A DNA stretch of 64,000 nt from an uncultured virus (IMG/VR IMGVR_UViG_3300025671_000040) (Duplodnaviria > Heunggongvirae > Uroviricota > Caudoviricetes): the IMG/VR virus record IMGVR_UViG_3300025671_000040; one strand, written 5' to 3'. Positions 34,365 to 44,718 of this stretch are shown piece by piece. A program made the translations under genes and the position numbers. Within the stretch, counting starts at the first letter, position 1, and every line of letters starts with the position of its first letter. The notes below the pieces were generated by a model. The model saw only the letters and a list, made by a program, of their open reading frames with translations, ran no database searches and was not told where the DNA came from.

Positions 34365-37300
34365 CTAGGAAATTTCGGTTCCCAATAGTGTAATCTCAAT
34401 ATCAGACAAACGTCTGTCGAAAAATGCGAATTCAGCCAAACCAAACCGAGCGTTAAACTCGCTAGCCGCTCCCTGCCCAAACGTGGCAGAGTTAGTAGCT
34501 GTTGTAAACGTAGTGGCAACCGCTGCTGTTGCTGTTGACTCCGAAGTACCATCTACGATTAGTTCTAGGCCGTTAGCGGGGTCTCTACGAACGACTAACC
34601 AATGCCAGTCCCCAAACGATGGGGTTTCGGTCCACGTGACGGTTTCGGTGTTGGTGTTGTCCGTAAACGTTGCTTTGATATCTCCGTCGTCGTAGAAGAC
34701 ACGCAAACCTTGGTTGGTGGCGTTTTCGAGACGGAAAATGTCGTATGTTCCGCTGGTCCAGAAACGCCGCACCTGTAACAGTACCGAGAACGGGTGGTAG
34801 CTTTCGAGAGACGGAGGGTTGTGCATGCTTGGTGAGCCTTCGTAGACATGCAGAATGTCACGATCGACTACTTGGCTAGGTGCGTATGCTGTGCTGGAAG
34901 ACCCAGGGTAGCTTCTGGTTAATGTCCACGTGTTAGCGGGCGTAACAGAGTCGGCACCTGTGGTCGCTGTTGATGCGATCGTATCGGGAAGGAATGTCGC
35001 TACGCTTGACCCGCCACCACTTGGCTGAACGTCAATTTGTGTTACAGTTATTCCCTGGTAGAGCGCTGAAGCACCGTCATAGTCGTCCTGCGCCGCAATA
35101 GTGAGAACGCCTGAACCGTCTGTCGTAAAATCAGTAAAAGCAGCAGTCGAAGTAGAACCATCTGAAGGATCAACAACTGTCGGAATAACTCTGTACGCTG
35201 TAGATGCCGAAAGTCCATCAATGGCAAGCGAATCGCCTCCAGAAGCAGCAGCCCCAAAATACCAAACGTCCGCACCCGACAACTGGCGCATAGCCAAAAC
35301 ATCCAAATCATTAGACGACGCCTGATTAACCGTCAACGTAACCGAAGCACCCCCGCTGGCATCTACCGTAAACGAATCAGCATAAACATCGACAGAAGAC
35401 AAATCAATATCAAGCGTAGGCGAATAAACATACATGCCGAAATCATCAACATCGTCACCGCCCACATATGCGTGAGCAGAAGACGAAGTATCAGACGAAC
35501 CCGTAAACGAAATCGGTGCGTCAAACACAAGCACACGTTTCACGCCGCAAGAAACTGGTGTAGCGTCAGCCCAATCATCTGTAGCGTTAAGCTGGCCTAA
35601 AATTTGGATTCCAGCGCCTGCTCCTGCCGAAGCAGAACCCGGCGTGAACGTAGAACTACCAACAGCGTTAGACTCCCAATCGTCATACAGCGAACCTTGA
35701 GCATAGAACGACACAGTAGCGTCACTAGCCGACAGTGCTGATCTGGAAACACGCAACACGTACTGGCCTGTAGCGCCGATGCTGTTGAAATCAATCGGGT
35801 CAGACACGGCATAGTTCGATGCCCCGACAGCCTCGTAACCGTCAACAAGCAAAAGCCGAACGTCCGTGTCAGGACCAGAAGTGTGACCTGAAACTAAGTA
35901 CACAGCCCAGTCATTGTCCGAACTGCTTGAGTCAGTACCACACGCTAAAAGATATTTTTCACGGTACAACCAGTCAGCAGGAGTGTTGCCGCCATCGCCA
36001 GCAGTATCAACCGCCGCAGAAGGCAACGTAATATCTGTTAAAACAAAAACGAGATCGTATCCTGCAGACGAGCCACCTAAATCTAACGTAGCTGTATCGC
36101 TGCTCGTAATCGACCCGTAAGTTGAACCGGACATATCGCCGTAGAAGTATTGTGAATCGGCGCTGTAATGCGAGTCGCCCACGCCGCCACCAATCTCAAC
36201 AACAGTATTTGAAGACGTTTCGTTAAGTCGAATGTGTCTAGCAAAGTTACGTTCGTCCGAAACAAAAGATTTGCCGTAAATGTCTACACCGCCAGCAGCA
36301 GAATTAGAATGCGTGGCAGGGTAAAGCAGGCTTGTCATGTCGTAAGACACATCACCTGAGTTGGTTGCTTCAGAAACTTTGGTTGCAAACGCCCCGGCAG
36401 ACAAGCTACTGTTTAGAGCGTCAGTAATAAAATTACCTGCTGAGTCAGGATCGACTGTGGGGTCAACAAGGACACTCAGTTGGAAAGGATTTTCCATAGC
36501 GTTTTTGTTTACAACAACAGCAGCATTGTCTGGTGTTGTTGTGTCGAGCAGGGTACGGATGTAGCTTACGATAGTATCTGCACGGCCTGCGTTGATGCCC
36601 GAAAACCCTGTACGAATCTGGTCACGGAAACCTTGAATTGTGTCGAAAAATTCTGGGTCTAAACTTTGAAGTGCAAGCCAGTCCGCTAACGTTTCAATAT
36701 CTTCCCATTCGCCAGGATTAGTGTCCGCATCACCATCATATTCTTCTAAAGCTGTCCAAGGAGTGAAACCCGAAGAAGCAGAAAGCAATGTCGTGGCGGT
36801 AATTGATGCTAGCCAGAATAGATACGCTGCATCAGCGGTGTCCGGGTCGGTCAGCTTAGATTTACTTTCTGTGCCCTCCGTAGCACGGGTGTACTGGAAG
36901 CTAATGGCTGTGTCTGCAATATTGTCTGCGGGGTATGCCAATGATTCAACAAACCGTTTTAAGGGAACCGGTACCTGTGGAGATTTTACGAGGCTTGCAA
37001 TGTTCTCGTCATCCAGACGCATAAACTCAGGCAGGTCTGTGTAAAACAAGTACGAAATTCTACCATAACCGGTGTAGTGATCTTCACAAACAACGGGATC
37101 ATACAAGGTAATAATATCGTCTGAAGCTAAGCTCCCAGCGCTTGGCCCAGTAAAAGTAATTTTTACTTTCATCAGAGTAGCGTCGGGGTCAGCCGCAAAA
37201 CCTAAGTAAAGTCTAGCGTATCTATACGCTTCTATAGAAATTGTTTTTGACTCTGAACTTGCAGTCGGGGAAGAATCCGACTCGGAGCTGTAATAATCTA

Positions 37301-37619
37301 CAGACAAGGTTGCTTCAGAGTTGACATTAGAAGCAACCGCTACACTAATCAAATAAATTCGAGAGCCTACTGAATCTACAAACGGCGATTCGATAACCAC
37401 AGAAGACTGCGAAGTTGTCGATTTAACTTGCAACGAGTTGCCCATATACGTGGACTCATACTCATCGCCAGGAACATATTTGTTGTAGTAGCCACGGTTA
37501 GCAATAAATTTTAACGTAGCCGTGCCCGAATTGAGCGCCCACCCACCGTAATCGTTTGATTGCCTAGTACCAAAGTTAGCTTCAGTCGATGATAGGCTGT
37601 TAATAATCCTATGAGACAT
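34365..37619 (-). CDS. Large baseplate/tail protein with C-terminal LamG-like domain
   Basis: Follows baseplate J; LPEF...DPDTADAAYLFWLA wedge-like motif; WHWLVVRR...LIVDG...FFDRRLS. Confidence 0.7.
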   Translation of the reverse strand: MSHRIINSLSSTEANFGTRQSNDYGGWALNSGTATLKFIANRGYYNKYVPGDEYESTYMGNSLQVKSTTSQSSVVIESPFVDSVGSRIYLISVAVASNVNSEATLSVDYYSSESDSSPTASSESKTISIEAYRYARLYLGFAADPDATLMKVKITFTGPSAGSLASDDIITLYDPVVCEDHYTGYGRISYLFYTDLPEFMRLDDENIASLVKSPQVPVPLKRFVESLAYPADNIADTAISFQYTRATEGTESKSKLTDPDTADAAYLFWLASITATTLLSASSGFTPWTALEEYDGDADTNPGEWEDIETLADWLALQSLDPEFFDTIQGFRDQIRTGFSGINAGRADTIVSYIRTLLDTTTPDNAAVVVNKNAMENPFQLSVLVDPTVDPDSAGNFITDALNSSLSAGAFATKVSEATNSGDVSYDMTSLLYPATHSNSAAGGVDIYGKSFVSDERNFARHIRLNETSSNTVVEIGGGVGDSHYSADSQYFYGDMSGSTYGSITSSDTATLDLGGSSAGYDLVFVLTDITLPSAAVDTAGDGGNTPADWLYREKYLLACGTDSSSSDNDWAVYLVSGHTSGPDTDVRLLLVDGYEAVGASNYAVSDPIDFNSIGATGQYVLRVSRSALSASDATVSFYAQGSLYDDWESNAVGSSTFTPGSASAGAGAGIQILGQLNATDDWADATPVSCGVKRVLVFDAPISFTGSSDTSSSAHAYVGGDDVDDFGMYVYSPTLDIDLSSVDVYADSFTVDASGGASVTLTVNQASSNDLDVLAMRQLSGADVWYFGAAASGGDSLAIDGLSASTAYRVIPTVVDPSDGSTSTAAFTDFTTDGSGVLTIAAQDDYDGASALYQGITVTQIDVQPSGGGSSVATFLPDTIASTATTGADSVTPANTWTLTRSYPGSSSTAYAPSQVVDRDILHVYEGSPSMHNPPSLESYHPFSVLLQVRRFWTSGTYDIFRLENATNQGLRVFYDDGDIKATFTDNTNTETVTWTETPSFGDWHWLVVRRDPANGLELIVDGTSESTATAAVATTFTTATNSATFGQGAASEFNARFGLAEFAFFDRRLSDIEITLLGTEIS

Positions 37620-37632
37620 ACCTGAACTCCAA

Positions 37633-39207
37633 CTATGAAACTGTAATATTCAACGTGCCGTAAGTTAGCAAAGTACCAAGGTTGCGAACTGTCAGGTCAC
37701 TATCAACTGCTCCTGTACCGTTTAGTACCGTAAACGTGTTACTGTCGTTACTGCCACCGGTTATGGCCCCAGAAGATACCGTGGCGGTTCCAAGAGCCGC
37801 AGCAACTGTTCCTGTACCTTGGTAGGTTGCACCGGCATCTACGTTACCGCTATTTGAAGTGTCGTTGTACCCTAGCCCGTTTGCTTTGGCTACAAAGACA
37901 CCGGTACCAGCCCCGCCTGAAACCACGATTGACTCAGCATTTTCAAATTCATACACAACTGGAGTAGCAACGTCAGCGTCTACATAATAGAAGCCAAGTT
38001 CACCAACCGCATAAGTTGCGTCGGTTACACCTGAAGTCACCAAAGTCGCAGACGCTGCTGTACCGCCAGAAGCAGTGTAGTAACCAATGTTATCCGTACC
38101 AATAAGCGTCTGACCATCAAGCGTCAAAGCAGAAACATAATCCACGCCAGAAATGCCATCAATCAACGAAATTAACTCGTTCTGACGAACCGTGTTCGCA
38201 GACCAATCCCACTGGTTCGGATCAAAATGCGCTTTAATCGCATTCTCTACAGCAGTCTTCACAGTCGAAGCAACCGCACCTGAAGTCTTAACTACAGTAG
38301 CCGTAACACTAACCGAAGCAAGCTCAGCGCTCATCACATCAATCGTCACACCAGAAGCAACTCGGGCCGTAAGAGAGTCATACAAATCTAACAAGTTGCT
38401 AGCCGAAACAGGGACCTGCGCCGTCGCAGAAGCTGCCGTACTCACATTACCGCCAACAGCCACAAGAGCATAACCATCATGGGTACCGTAGCCCGTAGCA
38501 GTAGTATCACGGTCACGGTAACGTCTCCGATTGAAAACTTCTACCCGATTAGCGTACGTCTTATTTGCCGACACATAATATTTGATCTGCGAAGCTGTAG
38601 TAGAAGCGGAAGTGTAGCTTGCCAGTAACGTGGCACCTCTCGTAAAATACTCGCTGTCTGTCTCAGCATCAGCACCGTCAGACGGGTTAGTAGCAAATGT
38701 TGCTGAAGAAAAATTGTCGTTAGCTGTCAACAATACTAAAGACTCACCTACTAAGGTGGAAGAGTTATACGCAGCACCGATAGCTTCTGCAGTTACAGCC
38801 AAACCTGATCCCGAGGTGCCAGTAAAGTCAGCATCAAGTCTGAAAATGTAAGACCGTGCTGTGTTCCGGTCGTAGTACATGAATAGCGTACCGGCATACA
38901 ACGTATCGCTAGCAAACATGGTTACGTCAATAGTAGCAGTAGCTTTTGTACCGTCACTTCGGGTTAGGCCAAATAGTTGAAGCAAAACTTCAGTGGTCGC
39001 TGAAGGGAGCCGGTTGATCGTCGCAGCAAGCTGAGCCGTACGATTAGCGAACGCCTCCGAAAGCACAACCTCAATCTGACCCGCCTCGGGATACCAACCC
39101 GGCAGTAGCCCACGGGCACTTGAAAGAATGTCATTCAGAATGGCTACAGGATCTTCATCGTTAATAGTTAAATCAACGTAGCTACTTACATCAGGTGAAG
39201 AAGACAT
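37633..39207 (-). CDS. Baseplate J-like wedge protein
   Basis: GADAETDSEY; ELISLIDGISGVDYV. Confidence 0.85.
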   Translation of the reverse strand: MSSSPDVSSYVDLTINDEDPVAILNDILSSARGLLPGWYPEAGQIEVVLSEAFANRTAQLAATINRLPSATTEVLLQLFGLTRSDGTKATATIDVTMFASDTLYAGTLFMYYDRNTARSYIFRLDADFTGTSGSGLAVTAEAIGAAYNSSTLVGESLVLLTANDNFSSATFATNPSDGADAETDSEYFTRGATLLASYTSASTTASQIKYYVSANKTYANRVEVFNRRRYRDRDTTATGYGTHDGYALVAVGGNVSTAASATAQVPVSASNLLDLYDSLTARVASGVTIDVMSAELASVSVTATVVKTSGAVASTVKTAVENAIKAHFDPNQWDWSANTVRQNELISLIDGISGVDYVSALTLDGQTLIGTDNIGYYTASGGTAASATLVTSGVTDATYAVGELGFYYVDADVATPVVYEFENAESIVVSGGAGTGVFVAKANGLGYNDTSNSGNVDAGATYQGTGTVAAALGTATVSSGAITGGSNDSNTFTVLNGTGAVDSDLTVRNLGTLLTYGTLNITVS

Positions 39208-39219
39208 GGCTGAACCTCA

Positions 39220-39519
39220 CTAACCAAACTCAATTCGGGCATCAGTAACAACTCCACCCTTTTTCAACAAACTAACTTCTTTCAAGGTTATAGACTTTGG
39301 GTAGAAATCGTAAAAATCTGAAGTAAACGCAGCGGCATCAAATTTATGAAAAGCCGGATCAGTAATCCCAAACTCAGGCATAAGCGTTCGTTCGTTTTTT
39401 CTTGACTTCAGAAAAGCAGAAATCTGTTGACCCTTGTACGTGTCAGTATCCGTACTTACCGTACTGAAGCGACCGTTAACCGCATCCATACTAAATGGGT
39501 AAGACATAACAAAAGCCAT
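39220..39519 (-). CDS. Baseplate wedge gp25/W-like protein
   Basis: ERTLMPEFG motif; upstream of J. Confidence 0.75.
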   Translation of the reverse strand: MAFVMSYPFSMDAVNGRFSTVSTDTDTYKGQQISAFLKSRKNERTLMPEFGITDPAFHKFDAAAFTSDFYDFYPKSITLKEVSLLKKGGVVTDARIEFG

Positions 39520-39579
39520 CATTACCTCCAAAAAGCCCTCATATACATTCTACCGAAAAAATAAACAGGCTAACAACTA

Positions 39580-39915
39580 CTAGTCTGAAGAAACTTCACT
39601 AAACCAATCAACAAAATACGGATCAGTCACAGGAATGACACACAAATCAACCAAGTCAATCTCCCACTTGTTATCCTCAACCGTCGCCCACGCTATCTCA
39701 AGACTTGACTCAGCAGGAACCGTACCAATATTGCACTCTAAACCAAACACGTTAATAAAATAGTTGACCATACAACCAGAAATGCCCTCGTGGTAACAAG
39801 GAGCATCTTCGCTGTTACCATGAGGGCAAATACTGGGAGCAATATCAATATTTGTCTTGTTAATGTTTAGTAGAATGCGGTGACCATCAACATGCCATTC
39901 TACTTCGTTAATCAT
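39580..39915 (-). CDS. Hypothetical protein
   Basis: Open ORF with AAGG RBS. Confidence 0.6.
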   Translation of the reverse strand: MINEVEWHVDGHRILLNINKTNIDIAPSICPHGNSEDAPCYHEGISGCMVNYFINVFGLECNIGTVPAESSLEIAWATVEDNKWEIDLVDLCVIPVTDPYFVDWFSEVSSD

Positions 39916-39925
39916 AAAATTTACC

Positions 39926-40270
39926 TTACCGTGTAACCTCTAAGTCAAGCGTAAAGATGCCTTCAACAACCCGCTCCACGTTGCCTTCGCTATCCTCAAT
40001 CTCCAAGTCGTAAACACCCCCGTCAGTTAAAGCGGCGGTGTCAGTAGCTGAGATAGACAACACGATCTCACCAGAACTATTCGTTGAAATTCTACCGTTA
40101 GCGGTAGTTAACTCGATAATCGTGGTAGAAGAACCTGTAGTGCGGCGAACATGCATTCGGCCAGTATACGAACTAAGGTCACGTGCGTCCCCGTTACTAT
40201 CTTTTACAGTTAGAGTGCGAGAAAACGTAGAACCCTGCTCACACACCATGTCATAAGCTCCAGCAGCCAT
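39926..40270 (-). CDS. Beta-sandwich tail/baseplate accessory protein
   Basis: EQGSTF...DLSSYTGRMHVRR...VYDLE. Confidence 0.8.
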   Translation of the reverse strand: MAAGAYDMVCEQGSTFSRTLTVKDSNGDARDLSSYTGRMHVRRTTGSSTTIIELTTANGRISTNSSGEIVLSISATDTAALTDGGVYDLEIEDSEGNVERVVEGIFTLDLEVTR

Positions 40271-40326
40271 AGAAATCTCCTTTACAAGACTTATCTCTAG
40301 TATACCGAAGCTGCAGGGTACTTATC

Positions 40327-40518
40327 TCACGACTTGGCAGTCTTACCTGACTCCTTCGGAGTTTCTTCTTCAACTGAAGCAGCCTGCGCCTGAAGTTCAG
40401 CAATAGCACGCTGAGCGGTGTTCAGGTTCACACGCAACACCGTGTTAGCAGCCGTTAGCTGCTTAATCTGCTCAAGCAGGTCTTCTACAATTGCATTAGG
40501 ATCAATATTTGTTTCCAT
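40327..40518 (-). CDS. Small coiled-coil protein
   Basis: AAAGG RBS; heptad pattern. Confidence 0.6.
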   Translation of the reverse strand: METNIDPNAIVEDLLEQIKQLTAANTVLRVNLNTAQRAIAELQAQAASVEEETPKESGKTAKS

Positions 40519-40537
40519 TTCCAACCTTTCAGGAAGT

Positions 40538-41056
40538 TTACCACCAAGCCGGTGCTGGGCGTCCTTTTGACCATACGGCAAAAGATTCTTTGTCTATTAT
40601 ATAAAACTCACGATAAATGTCAACGGCTTCCTCAATCGGAGCGTGCTTAAAACCAAGACGTTCGTGGAATGCACCACCAACAGCCAACGCAATATCAGTC
40701 AACTCGCCGTCAGGGAGAAGATGGGACGAATCAACAATCTTGTCCAACTGCTTCAAACAAGCATGCTCCTTGTTGAACCGGAAACTGAACTCTTCACACA
40801 ACGCATAGGCGTGCTCAAAAAGCCAGTTAAAGTTACTGATCGACTCGCCCACCCAACGGGTACTCGGATGATTCGCATACCCGCCACGATGCGGCGTACC
40901 CTTAGCAGTCAAAGGCACATCGTCGTCCGTAGCACCATGTCTACGAAGAGCAGACACCAACATCTGAACGCTCTCAACAGTCATCTTCGGCACATGCTTA
41001 TCACACAGAGCCTGCGCTGCTTCTACCGGATCAGTTTCAACAACAAATATGTTCAT
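40538..41056 (-). CDS. Pyrimidine-dimer DNA glycosylase (DenV-like family)
   Basis: MNIF...CDKHVPKMTVESVQML...HPSTRW...YREFY...K...W...R.P.W. Confidence 0.8.
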   Translation of the reverse strand: MNIFVVETDPVEAAQALCDKHVPKMTVESVQMLVSALRRHGATDDDVPLTAKGTPHRGGYANHPSTRWVGESISNFNWLFEHAYALCEEFSFRFNKEHACLKQLDKIVDSSHLLPDGELTDIALAVGGAFHERLGFKHAPIEEAVDIYREFYIIDKESFAVWSKGRPAPAWW

Positions 41057-41058
41057 AG

Positions 41059-41132
41059 TACCCCCGGTGGGACTCGAACCCACACTGTAGGCGTTTTAAG
41101 CGCCCTTTCTCTGCCAATTGGAATACGGGGGC
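41059..41132 (-). tRNA. tRNA-Leu (anticodon UAA), short variable arm, no encoded CCA
   Basis: GCCCCCG/CGGGGGT acceptor; GGGCG-CTTAAAA-CGCCT; GTGGG-TTCGAGT-CCCAC. Confidence 0.88.
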
Positions 41133-41205
41133 GAGAGTTGCGGCTAATGTGTTTGCCGTTTGCTAGAGTATAACATAGGTCCCCAAACAAAGTCAAGGAG
41201 AAACG

Positions 41206-41682
41206 GTGCCAAAAATTAGAACTTGGACAGAACAACAATTACGGGATGCTTGCGAATGTAGCATGTCTATCCGTAATGTGCTTAAAGAACTCAACCTGCA
41301 ACCTACTGGCGGCAACTACAAAAGCATCAAGAGCCATATCAAGTCGTTTGGTATTGATATTGAGCATTTCACAGGGCAAGGGCACCTTAAAGGTAAAACC
41401 CACACATGGGCACCAAAAAGACCACTGGAAGAAATTCTAGTCAAACACTCCAGTTACACCAACACTAATCATCTCAAGAATCGCCTTTTCGCTGAAGAAG
41501 TTTTCCAGCAGAAGTGCTATCAGTGTGAGCGGGCAGAATGGAACGGGCAACCAATCCCTACCGAATTAGAACACATCAACGGTGTCAACACGGACAACCG
41601 GCTAGAAAACCTAACTATCCTGTGCCCAAACTGCCACGCTCAAACTGATACCTACCGGGGCAAGAACAAAGGTAAGTGTTAG
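41206..41682 (+). CDS. HNH endonuclease
   Basis: CYQC...EHINGVNTDNRLENLTILCPNCH. Confidence 0.9.
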   Translation: MPKIRTWTEQQLRDACECSMSIRNVLKELNLQPTGGNYKSIKSHIKSFGIDIEHFTGQGHLKGKTHTWAPKRPLEEILVKHSSYTNTNHLKNRLFAEEVFQQKCYQCERAEWNGQPIPTELEHINGVNTDNRLENLTILCPNCHAQTDTYRGKNKGKC

Positions 41683-41697
41683 TTATCTTCAGGAACC

Positions 41698-42621
41698 TCA
41701 GTCGTCGTTTTCTTGACTAAACGCCCAAGCAATCCCAGAAGAAGGATGCCGCAACCGGGCAATAGCCTTAGCCTCTAGCTGCCGGACACGCTCACGAGTC
41801 AAACCCATCGACTCGCCAATCTCCTGCAACGTCTTCGGAGCACCCTGACCCGCAAGACCATGATGCTTAATCAACACATCATACTCCCGGTCAGGCAGAA
41901 TCGACAAAGCCTGCATGATATCGTCAGCGAAACTGCCCTCAATACCTGCGTCCTCTACCGCAATCTGATCCGAATTCACCAACGTGTCAGCATGCGAAAC
42001 CATGCTCTCCTCGCTCAACGGAACATCCAAAGACTCCAACTTCGTGTTCTCCATATGACCCCAAATCTCATCCAAATAATCGTCTTCCCAATCCAGATAA
42101 TCGGCAATCTCATACATCGAGAAACTGCTACGGCTCGACTCAAACTCCTCAACCACAGCAGCAAGCTTACGCACATCAGCCTCCACATGCATAGGCAGAC
42201 GTATAGCACGGCCCTGGTTCGCTATGGCACGCTGGCAAGCCTGTCGGCACCACCACGTAGCATATGTAGAGAACTTGAACCCACGCTCAGGATCGAACTT
42301 ATCTGCCGCACGCATAAGGCCAATCGTGGCCTCCTGAATGAGATCTTCGTACTCCATGCGGGACTGTGAACGTGCGTACTTGGCTGCAGTGTCCATCGCT
42401 AGCCGCAAGTTGTGTGAAACGAACGTGTCCTTGGAGCGCTTACCTTCCCGAACGGCTGCGTTGAGTCGTCGCCTCTCCATGGGATCAATGCTGATGCCTT
42501 CGATGTGGGATTCGTTGAGAATCCGGTCGGCTTCTAGTCCTTCTTGAATTGCCCGCCCCAACACAATTTCTTCTTCACGGGTAAGAATCTTGTGCTTTGA
42601 ACTGAGAGTGTATCCAGCCAT
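41698..42621 (-). CDS. Sigma-70 factor, RpoD/SigA-like
   Basis: DLIQE...KFDPERGFKFSTYATWW; RAIRLP; TLQEIG...TRERVRQLE. Confidence 0.95.
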   Translation of the reverse strand: MAGYTLSSKHKILTREEEIVLGRAIQEGLEADRILNESHIEGISIDPMERRRLNAAVREGKRSKDTFVSHNLRLAMDTAAKYARSQSRMEYEDLIQEATIGLMRAADKFDPERGFKFSTYATWWCRQACQRAIANQGRAIRLPMHVEADVRKLAAVVEEFESSRSSFSMYEIADYLDWEDDYLDEIWGHMENTKLESLDVPLSEESMVSHADTLVNSDQIAVEDAGIEGSFADDIMQALSILPDREYDVLIKHHGLAGQGAPKTLQEIGESMGLTRERVRQLEAKAIARLRHPSSGIAWAFSQENDD

Positions 42622-42783
42622 ATAGCTGCCTTTCATCTGGGATATACGGTATCTTCTGCGCTTTGCGGAAGATGTCGGAGACTTTAGCACCGATCAAACG
42701 GGGACACAACCCCACATCGCCAAGTTTTGCGAATAATTTTGAAGAAATGCTAGTAAGTCGCCGGTTTTGTAAGTAATACGAGC

Positions 42784-44718
42784 CTAAAACTCGTAAGTCG
42801 GTGACTCAAAAAGTGCCTTCCGTAAAGTCTCGTCACCATACTTCTTGCGGTCGTCGTCAGTCAACTCAATCACTTCATGTTCGCCTTCTGTATATAGTGT
42901 GCCCCATGACTCTCCTCCAAGATCAGGCTCAGTAGAAATGTGTACATCTTTGAGGATCATCTCCATAATTACACCAGCTTCCCTGCACATCTCCACAGCT
43001 GTTTCCTCAGGGAAACTAAACAAGATCTCATCGTGGATAGGAAGCAAAGCATAGTCCCAATAACCGGCCTCGTACAGCTTCACCATGGCTCTACCAAGAA
43101 CATCTCGGGCCGTGGACTGAATGCAGTAGTTGAGGGCAGCGTAGGGCCTCTCAGCGTCTACAGGAAGCTTCCTGCCCGTGTGTGTAATAACATAGTTGCG
43201 TTTGCCGGTTTTAACAGGATGAGCTAGCTGGTGTGCATAGCGGGTCACGCCCTGATAGGTACTGTCGAACAAGTCGCACACTTTCTGGGCTTCTTCAACT
43301 GAAAGCCCTGATTGTCTAGAAAGTGTCTGGGGACCTGCCCCGTAAACCTTACCGAAGTTAACTGTTTTAGCGATCTTTCTGGTAACTCCCGTGTTGTCAG
43401 CGGTGGTTTGGTGCAGATCGCCACCTTCTTTGAACACCTGCAACATAACAGGGTCTTGGGAAAGCGCAGCTAAAACTCTTAGCTCAACTCCAGAGAAGTC
43501 GATAGAAGCCATCCGGCATCCTTCTTCTGCGAGGAACATTCGACGTATAACATCACCGCTAGACGGTAGCTGCTGCAACGGAGGGTCAGTCAAAGACATT
43601 CTGCCTGTCCGTGCCTGCAAGCTGTTCATTTTTGGATGGACTCTCAAATTGCTGTCCATACTGGCAAGAGAAGCGATTACGTAACTATCTCGCCATTTAG
43701 CACTGTTCTTAGCAGCCATAACTGCACGGGCAAGCTCTCCAGCCATACCAGAGTCCTCATCGTCAATAACAGACTGCAAAACCATCTTATCGACCTTCAG
43801 CCCGCCCGAAGCAGTAGTTTCGGTAAGCCGCACCCCCAGCTTAGTCAAAGCCTCAGCTACATCTTTCGTAGCGTTATGGTTTTCGACCCCAAACGAACGA
43901 ACGACATCAATATGGGCCTGCTCTTCAGCATTCATTTGCTCAACAAGCTGCTCGGCATAGCCGACGTCAATACGCAGGCCCCGACGCTCCATGTCGGCCA
44001 CAAGCTTCAGAATCTGATGCTCATACCTGACCAAATGGTCCATAGTTTGACGTTTGATCTCCTTACGCAAATGAGGAAACAAACGAGCCGTCAAAATAAC
44101 GTCCGTGCCCGCATAGTGAACCAGCGTCGGATGTGCTGCAGGAATGTTTCGCCAACCTTCCTTAACAGACCACTTCTGCTGCTTAAACAAATCCTTAAGA
44201 GCCTGATCCGAATCAGGAGCACTCTTGTCAACATGATGCGCTGCAAGGTTCTTCAAACCGTGACCTACCCCGCCCTCAACTCGGCTACGAGGATCAGCCA
44301 AATGCGACAAAATCTTTGTATCGTAAGTTCTATCTAAAAGTTCGATAGCGTCAACGTGATCGTGGCGATCCAGTCCCAACGCATCGAAAACGGCGTTATG
44401 GGCCAGAAGCCTACAATCGGTCTCGTTCATCACGATATCAATAGATCGCTGAAACCACGGCTCTTTCCAAATAAACACAAACGCTTCATCCTGATCTCCC
44501 CACTGAATACTCTTAATCTCCCAAGTTGTGGAGAAAATATCAAGGCCCGTGGCCTCAATGTCGTATGCAAGAGGACGCTGCTTACTGAACAGCCAGTCTC
44601 TGAAATTAGCGAAATCGTCGTCAGACCTTACCAGCGTGACGTTACCGATAGATGTATCAGCTACATACGTCTCATGCAGCCAGTCATCAAACAAAGTAAG
44701 GGAGGTGTCTTCACTCAT
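42784..44718 (-). CDS. polA: DNA polymerase family A with 3'-5' exonuclease
   Basis: DIEATG exonuclease; DFSGVELR, KTVNFGKVYG and IHDE motifs. Confidence 0.95.
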   Translation of the reverse strand: MSEDTSLTLFDDWLHETYVADTSIGNVTLVRSDDDFANFRDWLFSKQRPLAYDIEATGLDIFSTTWEIKSIQWGDQDEAFVFIWKEPWFQRSIDIVMNETDCRLLAHNAVFDALGLDRHDHVDAIELLDRTYDTKILSHLADPRSRVEGGVGHGLKNLAAHHVDKSAPDSDQALKDLFKQQKWSVKEGWRNIPAAHPTLVHYAGTDVILTARLFPHLRKEIKRQTMDHLVRYEHQILKLVADMERRGLRIDVGYAEQLVEQMNAEEQAHIDVVRSFGVENHNATKDVAEALTKLGVRLTETTASGGLKVDKMVLQSVIDDEDSGMAGELARAVMAAKNSAKWRDSYVIASLASMDSNLRVHPKMNSLQARTGRMSLTDPPLQQLPSSGDVIRRMFLAEEGCRMASIDFSGVELRVLAALSQDPVMLQVFKEGGDLHQTTADNTGVTRKIAKTVNFGKVYGAGPQTLSRQSGLSVEEAQKVCDLFDSTYQGVTRYAHQLAHPVKTGKRNYVITHTGRKLPVDAERPYAALNYCIQSTARDVLGRAMVKLYEAGYWDYALLPIHDEILFSFPEETAVEMCREAGVIMEMILKDVHISTEPDLGGESWGTLYTEGEHEVIELTDDDRKKYGDETLRKALFESPTYEF

